The notes under the pieces were generated by a model. That model did not search any database and was not told where the DNA came from. It saw only the letters and a list, made by a program, of their open reading frames with translations. Shown piece after piece: positions 16,755-27,049 of a DNA stretch of 64,000 bases. The position numbers were made by a program, and so were the translations under genes. Source of the DNA: an uncultured Acidobacteriaceae bacterium (GTDB taxonomy: Bacteria > Acidobacteriota > Terriglobia > Terriglobales > Acidobacteriaceae); contig CAWKEG010000021.1 in NCBI GenBank assembly GCA_963848515.1, positions 29,591 through 93,590 of the forward strand. Direction: 5' to 3'. Position 1 is the first letter of the stretch. Each line of letters starts with the position of its first letter.

Positions 16755-19700
16755 GGGTTGGTTGCGGGACGGGGAGCAGGATTCTAGTTGCAGCGGGGTG
16801 CCTTTTGCTGGCGCTCCCGGTCGGTCTTGCTCAAAAGAAACCCGCCGCCGGCGCGCATGAGGGCGAACGGGGCACGCTGATTGACAAGGCGCGGGCGCTG
16901 GAGTCGCGGGGCCGGCCGGATATGGCCGTTCAACTTTGGCAGCAGATTCTGCTTTCGCAGCCCAACAATGCTGACGCACTCGCCGGCGTGGCCAAAGACT
17001 ATAAATTGATGGGCGAGGCGGACAAGGCTGACGCGGCACTGGATCGTCTGCGCAGGGTAAATCCCAACGACCCGAATATTGCCAAAATCGAGGCGCTGAG
17101 CAGCTCGAGCGCTCAGAGCGACGAGCTGCGCCACGCAGGCGAGCTGGCCAGGCAGGGCAGGGCCGATGAGGCGATGCAGATTTATCGGCAGTTGTACGGC
17201 GAACATCCGCCGGAAGGGCCAGTTGCGATTGCCTACTATCAAACGCTGTTTGGCACGGCCAACGGCAAAGCTGCGGCGATTGCGGGGATGAGATCGCTGG
17301 CCGATCGCAATCCGGGCGACGCGAGCACTGCGGTGGCGCTGGGCACGCTGCTGACTTACGACGCCAAGACCCGGCCCGAGGGAGTGCGCATTCTTGAGGC
17401 GCATCCGCAGGATGCCGATGCGCAGGCGGCGCTGCGGCAGGCGCTGATATGGGACTCGGCCAATCCGGCTTCCGCTGCGGAGTTGCGCCAATATTTGAAA
17501 GAGCATCCTCAGGATACGGAAGTTGCCGCAAACCTGAAGTCGAGCGAACGGAAGCTTGCGCAAATGAACTCGGGGATTGCGCGCACGCCGGCCGAGCGCG
17601 CGGCCTTTGCAGCGCTCAACGCGCACCGGTTGGAGGATGCGCAGCAGCGATTCGAGGCCTTGTTGCAGAAGGAGCCGAAGAACGGACGCGTTGCGGCGGG
17701 CATGGGATTTCTGCGCATGCAGCAGAAAGATTTTGGCGGCGCCATCAGTTATCTGACCGAAGCGCAGCAGGACGGCTACACGGCGAGAACGGTCGAGAAT
17801 GCGCTTACGACTTCGCGCTTCTGGTTCACGATGGCCGAGGCAACGCAGGCCTTCAACGAGAATCAACTGGTCGCGGCCGAAGCAAAGTACAAGACAGCGC
17901 TGGGCATGAATGCCCGCAGCGCCGAAGCGTTGAATGGATTGGCTGGCCTGCTGACCAAAGAGCAGAAGTATGCGCAGGCGGCGAGCGTCTACGAGCAATT
18001 GATCAAGGTGCAGCCCAATAATCTGGACGGATGGCGCGGAGTCTTTCTCTCCTATGCGCGCGACCACCAGTACCAGAAGGCTCTTTCGACGGCGGGGCGC
18101 TATCCGGCGCGGGTGAGACTGGCTTTGGCCAGGGATCCGGAGTACTTGAGCTCGCTGGCAAGCATCTATGAGGCGCAGGGGCGGAGCGCGGATGCCGAAC
18201 ACGTGTTGGCGCAGGCGCTGGCGCTGCCATTCCCCGACAACGGGACGAGCCTGAAGACGGATACAAAGCTGCAATACGCGGGCATCCTGATGGAGGCTAA
18301 ACGCTACGAGCAGGCCGCGGCGTTGTATACGCAAATACTCAACGAAGATCGAAACAACCTGTCGGCGTGGCTCGGCCTGGTGAGCGCGCATCACGGGCTG
18401 GGGCAGGATACGCTGGCCATCACGGACGTGCAGAAGATGCCTCCGGCGACGTACGAGGCCGCGCTGGGCGATGCGGGATTTCTATCGCTGCTGGGCGCAA
18501 TCTATCAGCAGGCCAATCAGCTTGAAGTGGCGCAAGGATTGCTGGAGCGGTCCGAGAAGCTGCAGACTGCGGCGGGCGGGCAGCCCAGCGTTGCGCTCGA
18601 ACTGCAGTTGGCCGGCATCTACCTGCTGCGCAATAACACCGCGCAGGCTTACGACATTTATAGCCGGGTGCTCAAAGCCAATCCCGGAAGTGCCGATGCG
18701 TGGAAGGGTTTGATTTCAACGCTGGCCGCGACCAACCGAAATGCGCAGGCGCTTGAAGAGATCGCGATGATTCCCGCGCCGGTGCGCAAGCAGCTTGAGA
18801 GCGATATTGAATTCGAGCAGACCGAGGCGGGCGTGTACGCCACAAGCGGCGATACGGCTCATGCCGTGGAATACATGAACCGCGTGCAGGCGCATTACGC
18901 GCGGCTCAAGATGCAGCCGCCGGCGAATGTAGACATCCAGAACGCGTGGCTGCTCTACAACACCGGCAACGACCGCGCTCTTTATCCTGCGCTGATGCGG
19001 CTGGGGAGCCGGAACGATCTCTCCGTCGCGCAGCGAGAGACGGTTCAGAACATCTGGGCCAACTGGAGCGTCCGCCGTGCCGCGGCGGCGATGGAGAACG
19101 GCAACATGCGTCGCGCGGTCGATATTTTGGATGCGGCTTCGCAGGCATTCCCAAACAACCTGACAGTGCGCAAGGCAGTGGCCGGTGGATTTGCGCGTGT
19201 GGGCCGCGCGAAGGAGTCGCTGGCGCTCTTCAAAGCGATTCCCATGCAGGATGCGAGCTCGGGCGATTTTCAAGGCGCGATTGGCGCGGCGCTGCAGGCA
19301 AACGACCGGAGCCAGGCTGAGTTGTGGTTGCGCCAGGCGCTGGAGCGGTTTCCGAACGACCCGGCGATTTTGTCGCTTGGGGCGCGTTACGAGCAGGCAC
19401 GCGGCGACAACGAGCGCGCTGCGGATTACTGGCGCGCGGCGCTGGCGGCCATGCCGGCGGCTACGCCCGTTGACAGGCTTGCGCACCAGTTGGCCTATCC
19501 CGAGCAGGATACAAAATCGCATCGCGCAGTAACGGCGGCCGATTTGCAGAACCTGCTCGATCCTGAGAACGAGCCTTTTGCGAAGACAACCAAGGTGCCG
19601 CCGCTGCCCGCATACGGGCCCGACCCTTATAACGGACCCGTGCCGGTAATGATCCCGCAGCCGCAGTCGTATGCGCCGCGGGCGGCAGACGCGGCGGGCA

Positions 19701-22700
19701 GAAACGCTTCTTCATCGAATGCCGGCCAGCCCGACGCGAATCCGCAGATCAAAGCGATTCCGTCGTCGCAGACGGCAAGTCCGCAACGGTTCCAGCAGCA
19801 GAGCGCGACGCGGATGGAAGCTGGAGATTCAGGTTGGAGCCAGGCGGGCTTTGGCGGATTGGTGGTTCGCGACGCGGTCTACCATCCGCAGGATCGAGTC
19901 TTGCGATTCGGTGCAACGGCGACGCCTCAGCGAGTTTATGACGCAAGCGGAGCAGCTTCGGCAGAGTTCGAACAAGCGCAGTATGCGAGCCAGGCAGACG
20001 TGCCGATCGCAGCGAACGCGCCGCATTCGATGGCATCCGACGCATGGAAGGGACTGGTCTTCTCGTTGATGGCGGGGAATCGCAACACAGAGGCGCTCGC
20101 AACGCTGAACAAGATTCCGCCGGATGTGCGTCGTCAACTGGAGAGCGATATCGAGTTTGTGCAGGGCGTCGCCAGCTTGTATGTGGCCGTGGGCGATGCG
20201 GCAATGGCGCGTGACTATTTGAACCGCGTGGAGAACTACTATCTGCTGCACCGGTCGGCTGCGCCGGCGGGTCTTGAAGTGCAACACGCGTGGCTGCTCT
20301 ATAACCTGAAGGATGACGTCTCTTTGTATCCGCTGATGCTGCGCCTGGATGCGCGCCCGGATTTGAGCGCGGCCGAGCGAGCGCAGTTGGATTCATTGTG
20401 GGCCACCTGGGCCGTGCGCCGTGCTGAGACTGCGATGAATGGAGGCAATCTTCTGCGCGGCGTGGAGATTTTGCAGGCTGCATCGAAGGATTACCCGGAC
20501 AATCTGGATGTGCGCAGAGCGGTGGCCGGTGCGTATGCACGAGTCGGGCGCGCTGCCGACGCGGTCACTCTTTTCAAAACGATTTCGATGGAGAACGCGA
20601 CCTCCGGCGATTACCAGGGAGCGATTTCGGCGGCTCTCGGCGCGACGGACATGGCGCAGGCCGAAGCCTGGTTGCGCCAGGCGTTGGCACGTTTCCCGAG
20701 CGATCCGAAGGTGCTGGGGCTTGCCGCACGATTCGAGCAGGCACGCGGCAACAATGAACGCGCCGCGGACTACTGGCGCGCTGCGCTGGCGACCATGCCT
20801 GCTGACTCGGCGGTCAAAAGTCTCGATAGCGGGCTCGGTTATCCGGCTGGATCGATCGCGCCCGCTGCGCCGGGAGACACAAAGCGATTGCTCGACCCGC
20901 GGCACGAGCCGGCAGCGAACAGTTTGCCGCCGTTGCCTGCCTATCCAACGGCTGATGCGAACCGTGCGCCGGTGGGCCTGGCCGGCCCACCCGCGGAATC
21001 CGCACCGCAGCATCAATGGCTCAACGCGCCGTCGAACGATCCACTGCCCATGCCTGGCGGGACGGGAGCGAACATTGTTCCGTTGCCGAATGCGCAGGGA
21101 ATCGCACCAGTGTACTCTCCGCAAAACGCGCAACAAGGAACGTCGGTGGCGCAGCCGGTGTTGATCCAGCAGAGTTGGACGCACCTGGTGACGACATGGC
21201 CGGAGGTGAGTGCAACTCATAGACGGAAGAAGGCTCATCGGCATCCTTCGACGTATGGCGCTTCGGCGCGGACACGGTCCGCTGCTAGAGCCAGGACCGC
21301 TGCGAGGGCCCGCGCCGCCGCAAGAGGACGAACGACGCTGCGTGCCAGGGCTGCATCCGGTACGCGAATGGCGCCGAGTGCAAGGACAGCCGCGAGTCCC
21401 CATCGTTATGCAGGCACGGTGAAGCTGCCGCCCTCGGAGCAGACCATCGCTTCGACGGAGGCGACAGTTGCAGCGCCAGGATTGCGGATCGCATCCGCGC
21501 CCATGGGACCGCTGGCAGCGCAGGTAAACGCCCGGTTTGCCGAAGAGACCGACAGCCAATTGACGCAGGGTTCGGCCGCGGTCATTCACACGCTGGCGAA
21601 TGCGCCGGTTAATGCGCAAATCCAGATGGGCGCGGCGCAGGTTCCGGCTGCTGCGACCGACGGTCAATACACGCAGGCGCAATATACGCCGTCTGCCCAG
21701 GAAGCAGCCACGGGCGCCTATTCGGTGCCGAGAAAACCTGCTGAAACCACGCCCGAGAAGCCTGCCGCGTCGACGCCGCGGACGTATGCGCATAAGAAAA
21801 CCCGTAAAAAAAGCAAACGAGCAATGCAGCAGGCCAGCCAGCCAACGAACGCGACGCTGGGCAATACGCCCGCACTGAGCAACGCACCGCAGACGCCTGC
21901 GGCTGAAAACGCGCAGCAGAACCAAACCTACGATGCGCAGTCTCCCGCGCCAACCTCAACGGGCGGGGGTTTGTCCGACGAGGAACTGGAGCAGAGGAAT
22001 CTGCCTCCGCTGCGCGGGCCATGGGTGCGCGTGCAGCGCGAGCCCAAACCCGTCAGTCCGCGTGAAGAGGCGGAGATGCAGTTGCGCACCATCGAGAGCG
22101 GCTACAGCGGCTGGCTCGGCGGCACGGGCTACATCAACTACCGCAGCGGCGCGCTGGGCTTTGACCACTTGTCGGCGCTTGAGTCACCGTTTGAAGCGTC
22201 CGCACCACTCGGGTACAACGGCCGGGTCACCCTTGTGGTCAAGCCCGTGTTCCTGGACTCCGGTCAGGCCGACGGCAGCGCGACGATCTCGGTAACGCAG
22301 TCGACGACGGGCGGCAATCAACTGGTTTCCATTCCCGAGCCCATCGGCACCCTGACCACGACCGACGTTAACCCGCCGGCGCAGCAAAACGCGGTCGGCT
22401 TTGGCGGCGAGGTGCAACTTGCGTTTCCTCACGCGGCAATTGCCGGCGGATACACACCGTACGGATTCCTGGTTTCGACCTTCACGGCTCGCGGCATGTT
22501 CCGGCCTGGCAACGGGCCCGTCACCATCACTGTCGCGCGCGACTCAGTCAAAGACAGCCAGCTCTCTTACAGCGGACTGCGCGACCCGGCGGGCGACACG
22601 CTTGGCAACCAGGGACAGATCTGGGGCGGCGTAGTTGCCAACCAGGGCAACGTGCAATTCTCGCGCGGCGACGCGATGTCTGGGTTCTACGTGGGCGCGG

Positions 22701-23293
22701 GCGGCCAGTACCTGACCGGCTATCACGTCGAAAACAATACGCGCATCGATGGGAACGGCGGCGCGTATTGGCGGCTGATGACTTCGCCGGAGAATGGCAA
22801 CCTGAGCATCGGCGTCAACTTTTTTGCAATGCATTACGCCAACAACGAGAACGCGTTTACGCACGGCATGGGCGGATACTTCAGTCCGCAGGGCTACTTC
22901 CTGGCCAATGTGCCGTTCACGTTCGTGGGCCACTACGGAACCAACTGGCACTACAACGTTGTGGGCGGGCTGGGCGTGCAGGCCTTCCAGGAAAACAAAA
23001 CGCCGCTGTGGCCGCTGGCCGGTGACAAGGCAATTGAGACAGGCCAGAACAATCCTATGCTGCCGGATGTGACCAACGTCGGGCCGAACTACGATTTGCG
23101 CGGCCAGGTGTCTTACCAGATCAGTCCGCACTGGTTTGCAGGTGGATTCTTCGGTGCGAACAATACGCGCAACTACTCGTCGGCCTCGGCAGGATTCTCG
23201 ATCCGCTACATGTTCCGCGAGCAGCCGTCCACGGCGACCGAGCCAACGGGGATCTTCCCTAGCGACGGCTTGCGGCCGTTTACGGTGCCGTAG
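16751..23293 (+). CDS. bcsC: Cellulose export outer-membrane protein BcsC (TPR + beta-barrel), unusually long
   Basis: Signal peptide; TPRs; C-terminal barrel with GGYFSPQ motif; position after bcsZ with ATGA overlap. Confidence 0.9.
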   Translation: MRVGCGTGSRILVAAGCLLLALPVGLAQKKPAAGAHEGERGTLIDKARALESRGRPDMAVQLWQQILLSQPNNADALAGVAKDYKLMGEADKADAALDRLRRVNPNDPNIAKIEALSSSSAQSDELRHAGELARQGRADEAMQIYRQLYGEHPPEGPVAIAYYQTLFGTANGKAAAIAGMRSLADRNPGDASTAVALGTLLTYDAKTRPEGVRILEAHPQDADAQAALRQALIWDSANPASAAELRQYLKEHPQDTEVAANLKSSERKLAQMNSGIARTPAERAAFAALNAHRLEDAQQRFEALLQKEPKNGRVAAGMGFLRMQQKDFGGAISYLTEAQQDGYTARTVENALTTSRFWFTMAEATQAFNENQLVAAEAKYKTALGMNARSAEALNGLAGLLTKEQKYAQAASVYEQLIKVQPNNLDGWRGVFLSYARDHQYQKALSTAGRYPARVRLALARDPEYLSSLASIYEAQGRSADAEHVLAQALALPFPDNGTSLKTDTKLQYAGILMEAKRYEQAAALYTQILNEDRNNLSAWLGLVSAHHGLGQDTLAITDVQKMPPATYEAALGDAGFLSLLGAIYQQANQLEVAQGLLERSEKLQTAAGGQPSVALELQLAGIYLLRNNTAQAYDIYSRVLKANPGSADAWKGLISTLAATNRNAQALEEIAMIPAPVRKQLESDIEFEQTEAGVYATSGDTAHAVEYMNRVQAHYARLKMQPPANVDIQNAWLLYNTGNDRALYPALMRLGSRNDLSVAQRETVQNIWANWSVRRAAAAMENGNMRRAVDILDAASQAFPNNLTVRKAVAGGFARVGRAKESLALFKAIPMQDASSGDFQGAIGAALQANDRSQAELWLRQALERFPNDPAILSLGARYEQARGDNERAADYWRAALAAMPAATPVDRLAHQLAYPEQDTKSHRAVTAADLQNLLDPENEPFAKTTKVPPLPAYGPDPYNGPVPVMIPQPQSYAPRAADAAGRNASSSNAGQPDANPQIKAIPSSQTASPQRFQQQSATRMEAGDSGWSQAGFGGLVVRDAVYHPQDRVLRFGATATPQRVYDASGAASAEFEQAQYASQADVPIAANAPHSMASDAWKGLVFSLMAGNRNTEALATLNKIPPDVRRQLESDIEFVQGVASLYVAVGDAAMARDYLNRVENYYLLHRSAAPAGLEVQHAWLLYNLKDDVSLYPLMLRLDARPDLSAAERAQLDSLWATWAVRRAETAMNGGNLLRGVEILQAASKDYPDNLDVRRAVAGAYARVGRAADAVTLFKTISMENATSGDYQGAISAALGATDMAQAEAWLRQALARFPSDPKVLGLAARFEQARGNNERAADYWRAALATMPADSAVKSLDSGLGYPAGSIAPAAPGDTKRLLDPRHEPAANSLPPLPAYPTADANRAPVGLAGPPAESAPQHQWLNAPSNDPLPMPGGTGANIVPLPNAQGIAPVYSPQNAQQGTSVAQPVLIQQSWTHLVTTWPEVSATHRRKKAHRHPSTYGASARTRSAARARTAARARAAARGRTTLRARAASGTRMAPSARTAASPHRYAGTVKLPPSEQTIASTEATVAAPGLRIASAPMGPLAAQVNARFAEETDSQLTQGSAAVIHTLANAPVNAQIQMGAAQVPAAATDGQYTQAQYTPSAQEAATGAYSVPRKPAETTPEKPAASTPRTYAHKKTRKKSKRAMQQASQPTNATLGNTPALSNAPQTPAAENAQQNQTYDAQSPAPTSTGGGLSDEELEQRNLPPLRGPWVRVQREPKPVSPREEAEMQLRTIESGYSGWLGGTGYINYRSGALGFDHLSALESPFEASAPLGYNGRVTLVVKPVFLDSGQADGSATISVTQSTTGGNQLVSIPEPIGTLTTTDVNPPAQQNAVGFGGEVQLAFPHAAIAGGYTPYGFLVSTFTARGMFRPGNGPVTITVARDSVKDSQLSYSGLRDPAGDTLGNQGQIWGGVVANQGNVQFSRGDAMSGFYVGAGGQYLTGYHVENNTRIDGNGGAYWRLMTSPENGNLSIGVNFFAMHYANNENAFTHGMGGYFSPQGYFLANVPFTFVGHYGTNWHYNVVGGLGVQAFQENKTPLWPLAGDKAIETGQNNPMLPDVTNVGPNYDLRGQVSYQISPHWFAGGFFGANNTRNYSSASAGFSIRYMFREQPSTATEPTGIFPSDGLRPFTVP

Positions 23294-23378
23294 GCTTTCA
23301 CAAGAGTCAGCCTGGCGCGGAGGAGATCGAATCTTCCCCTTTTAGCACTGCCGGTGAACTTACTTCAGATAGCATTCA

Positions 23379-23436
23379 TCCGGGCCTGAAGGCCCGGAGA
23401 GTTGCGCTGACTTTTTCAGGGGGATAAATCCCCCTG
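23379..23436. repeat. REP-like family C (two hairpins)
   Basis: tccgggcc-tgaa-ggcccgga and cagggggat-aa-atccccctg. Confidence 0.6.
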
Positions 23437-23593
23437 CTCCCTCCGGAACGACTATCTGTAACTTAAGTACGCGTGTCTGGATGCTTTTTGGACACAGTAA
23501 ATTGCAGACCTGTTTACTCCGTGTGTCATCTGCTGCCTTCGTGCTATTCGTTCAAATTGCAACAGATGGTAGGGTCACAGTGAGGAGATTCCT

Positions 23594-24577
23594 GTGACTC
23601 TGATCAGCTTTCTCGCCAAGCAGTTCATCGATGTTATTGAGTGGAATGAGCCGGAAGACGGCATTCTGACCTATCGCTATCCGATGCAGGATCTCGAGAT
23701 CCAGAACGGCGGCCAGCTTACGGTAAGCGAGTCGCAAATGGCGGCCTTCGTCAACGAAGGGCGCATTGCGGATGTCTTCGGGCCCGGCCTCTACACACTC
23801 AACACGCGCAATCTGCCCATCCTGACCGATCTGATGAACTGGGACAAGGACTTCGAGTCGCCCTTCAAGTCAGAGGTCTACTTCTTTTCCACGCGCTTGC
23901 AGATGGATCAGAAGTGGGGCACGGCTACCTCGATCACTATCCGCGACAAGGAGTTTGGCGCCGTCCGGCTGCACTGTTACGGAATCTACTCTTACCGCAT
24001 CGTTGATCCCCGCGTCTTTTTCAACCAGGTGAGCGGCACACGCGACGTCTACTTTACCGCGGACCTCGACGGCCAGCTGCGGGATACGATTCTGGCCAAC
24101 ATCGCGCCGATCTTCGCTAACAGCGGCATCTCCTTCCTCGACCTGACGGCAAGCCAGGCGCTGCTTGCCGATAAAATTGCCGAACAGATCAAGCCCACGT
24201 TTACCTCGCTGGGTCTGGAGCTGGACCGTTTCGTAGTTGAGAACATCTCGCTGCCCGAGGAGCTCTCGAAGGTCCTGGATCAGCGCATCGGAATGGGCAT
24301 GGTGGGCGATGTGGGCCGCTATACGCAATACGCCGCGGCTGAGTCGCTCGACCTAGCGGCGGCGAACACTGGCGGCGGCGCTGGTGTCGGCATGGGGCTT
24401 GGCGCGGGAGCAGCAGTTGCGCAGGTGCTTGCGACGTCATTGAAGTCGTCCGCGGTCTCGCCCGTTGCGCAGGCTGCGCCGGCTGTCCCCGCGACCGATA
24501 CCAAGTTCTGCATCAACTGCGGCCAGCCCATTCCTGCGAGCGCAAAATTTTGCGCGGAGTGCGGGAAGGCCCAGTGA
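23594..24577 (+). CDS. SPFH/Band-7-like protein with C-terminal zinc ribbon (YdjI-like)
   Basis: FIDVIEW, QKWGT, IRDKEFG and FCINCG...FCAECG double zinc ribbon. Confidence 0.85.
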   Translation: MTLISFLAKQFIDVIEWNEPEDGILTYRYPMQDLEIQNGGQLTVSESQMAAFVNEGRIADVFGPGLYTLNTRNLPILTDLMNWDKDFESPFKSEVYFFSTRLQMDQKWGTATSITIRDKEFGAVRLHCYGIYSYRIVDPRVFFNQVSGTRDVYFTADLDGQLRDTILANIAPIFANSGISFLDLTASQALLADKIAEQIKPTFTSLGLELDRFVVENISLPEELSKVLDQRIGMGMVGDVGRYTQYAAAESLDLAAANTGGGAGVGMGLGAGAAVAQVLATSLKSSAVSPVAQAAPAVPATDTKFCINCGQPIPASAKFCAECGKAQ

Positions 24578-25081
24578 ACTGTCCCTCGTGCGGCGCTCCG
24601 ATCACGCTGAGGCCGGATACGGAGGGCTACAAGTGCGACTATTGCCACACGGTTTTCTATCCCGGCGAGGAAGACACGGGCGTCGAAGTCACGGGCGAGC
24701 CGACCGGCGACAGCCTTGCCTGCCCGTTGTGCAGACAATCGCTTGTTCCTGCGGCGATCGCCAGAATCCCGGTCATTTATTGCAGGCAATGCCATGGACT
24801 TCTGCTTCCCATGCCGGTGCTTCAGCCGCTGCTTGCAGCAACTGCGCAGCGGCGACCGAAGCCCCGCCGTGCAGGCCCCGCCCGACAGCGGCGATCTGAA
24901 GCGCGTGATTCAATGTCCGAAGTGCAATCGGCGGATGGACACGCATTTCTATGCCGGTCCGGGCAACGTGATTGTGGACACCTGCGACAACTGCGACCTG
25001 ATCTGGCTCGATCGCGGGGAACTGACGCGCATTGCGCATTCGCCGGATGAAAGCGACGACACAGAGCCGAACTGGTCCTGA
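24574..25081 (+). pseudogene. Multi-zinc-ribbon (zf-TFIIB-like) protein, frameshifted near 24836
   Basis: GTG start; CPSC, CDYC, CPLC and CRQC in one frame, CPKC and CDNC...WLDRGEL in the next; removing one base gives LQPLLEQLRSG and 169 codons. Confidence 0.75.
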
Positions 25082-25270
25082 CGCACCCTCCGCGAATTAC
25101 TTTCCTTACCTAACAAATCAAAAACAGATTTACAAGATGTTTCCGAATTTGGTTACGGCAAACGCCCGAACGTCGAGCGGAACATTCAAATTGACCTGCG
25201 TCGCGAAATGACGGCAGCAATTAGTTTGGTTCCCTAGCGCGACAGGTGTTTCGAACGACGGTGAAGCACT

Positions 25271-26177
25271 CTATGACAAGGGCGCAATGTTCTTGCGAAG
25301 GAAGACTGTTGCCTGCGGGTTATCGTTATAGCGCTGGCATGAAACGTATCCGCGTTTGCGGTAGAGAGCAATCGCAACTTTCAAGTCATCGTAGCTATCA
25401 AGGTAGATCCACCGCAGACCCTTGTTGCGGGCGAAGTCCTCTAGTGCATCAAGCAACTTATGCGCAATGCGATTTCCCCGGCCCTCCGGCTTCACATAGA
25501 GACGCTTGCATTCGCCCGCGAACGGAATGTTGCTGAGATTCCTGAGCACTACGCATCCGACGGCCTTTTCGTTCAGATACGCGAGCCACACGCCAGAACA
25601 AGGGTTATCGATGATCTTCTGGATTGCTTCAGGGGTGTCTCGCTGGACAACGTTTACTGCCTCGTAATACTCCTGCAGTAATCGAATTGCATCTTCGTTG
25701 GATTCGGACCATGCGAACGATGCGAACCACATGGGGTCCACTCAGAATGGAGCGGATGCTGGAAAGCGAATCGAGCAGGGCAGCGCAGTCCGCCGAGTTG
25801 ACGTTGGCCAATAGCTCCCGAATCTCCCCGTCAGATTGTTCGTTCAGCCGGGCTACGGCGGCTTTCCCCGCATTCGAGAGCGTTAGCAGCTTCTCTCGAC
25901 CGTCCCGCCGGGAGGTTGTCTGGCACACCAGTTTTCGCCTGGTTAGCAGTGCAAGAATTCGGCTGACATAGCCGGCATTCAGGCCAAGTTTGATCCGTAA
26001 AGAGGACGCAGTGAGATCGGGAGCGGCTCCTATTTCATACAGGATGCGCGCCTCCGTGAGGGAAAAATCTCCATCGAGGTGCCGCTTGCGCAACAGGCCT
26101 AACCGCGCCGTGTAGAAGCGATTGAACTCCCGTACGGCGGAGATTTGCTCCTCTTCTCCCATCATTCCGATCTCCAT
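25271..26177 (-). pseudogene. MarR-GNAT bifunctional regulator, frameshifted near 25709
   Basis: MarR half (VREFNRFYT, SLTEARILYEI, DGREKLLTL) and GNAT half (ECKRLYVKPEGRGNRIA); removing one G joins them as VRM-SESNEDAIRLL. Confidence 0.8.
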
Positions 26178-26190
26178 CGAAAGAGTTTAG

Positions 26191-26223
26191 ACGAAGATAG
26201 TTGCGAAAAGCAACTATCTTCGT
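26191..26223. promoter_or_regulatory. Putative MarR operator
   Basis: Perfect 14-bp inverted repeat acgaagatagttgc-gaaaa-gcaactatcttcgt immediately upstream of the MarR start. Confidence 0.75.
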
Positions 26224-26273
26224 GGGGTCAATCTGGCACTCTTTGAAATAATTCAGAAAATCAATAAACTCTA

Positions 26274-26302
26274 TTGTACAACTAAATAATCTTAAGTATA
26301 GT
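26274..26302 (+). promoter_or_regulatory. Sigma70-type promoter for the DUF2089 operon
   Basis: TTGTAC-17 nt-TATAGT in an AT-rich tract. Confidence 0.55.
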
Positions 26303-26336
26303 TGTCCTTGTAGTTGAGAAAAGAGACAAACGCCCA

Positions 26337-26724
26337 ATGACTTCTATGCCCAAAACTGCTCTCAGACTGGCAGGAATTGCTCCGAATCGCCCAGGGCGGC
26401 ACGCTGATCGTCGAGCGCGTCCGCATCCCGGAAAAAGAGATTGCCGTCGAGGGGGCCTTCACGCTGCCGGAGCTCGCGCGGCTGGGGCTCGATGACCAGG
26501 TTTTTGTGGTGGCGTTTTTGCGCTCGCATGGCTCGATCAAGGAGATGGAGCAGACCTTTGGCGTCAGCTATCCGACCATCAAGGCGCGGCTGAACCGGAT
26601 TGCGGGGCAACTGGAGTTTGTGGACACCAACCCGTCGCCCTCGCGCGCAGAGGTGCTGGAGCGGCTGAAGAACGGCGAGATCACGGCCGAGGAAGCGATC
26701 CGGGCGCTCGAGGCATTGCAATGA
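26337..26724 (+). CDS. DUF2089-family HTH protein (apparent +1 frameshift in the AAAA run at 26352-26355)
   Basis: FVVAFLRSHGSIKEMEQTFGVSYPTIKARLNRI; the ATGs at 26337/26346 become in frame (MPKLLSDWQELL) if one A is removed. Confidence 0.8.
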
Positions 26725-26981
26725 CACCGAGCCTTGCATTCGTTCGCGTGGAAACGCCGGGGTGGCGTGGCATTCCGATCTGGCTTCCGCTGTTTCTGCT
26801 TTGGATTCCGGCGATTGTGTTTGCGCCGCTGATTTTGCCGATTCTGGTTGTGGTTTGCCTGGCCGGACGGATCAATCCCTGGCGCGCGATTGCGGCGTTG
26901 TGGGCGATTGTGTGCAGCTTGCCAGGGACATATGTGGATGTTCGCACCCAAGGGAAACAGGTCATGGTTCGCATCTTGTAG
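26721..26981 (+). CDS. Small membrane protein
   Basis: Hydrophobic IPIWLPLFLLW...; ATGA overlap with the upstream gene. Confidence 0.75.
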   Translation: MTPSLAFVRVETPGWRGIPIWLPLFLLWIPAIVFAPLILPILVVVCLAGRINPWRAIAALWAIVCSLPGTYVDVRTQGKQVMVRIL

Positions 26982-27049
26982 CGGCTCGCCGGCATTGAGG
27001 CGGCTGCATTTGACTGAGGCAGATTTTTTAACCGACAGGAGGATTTCTT

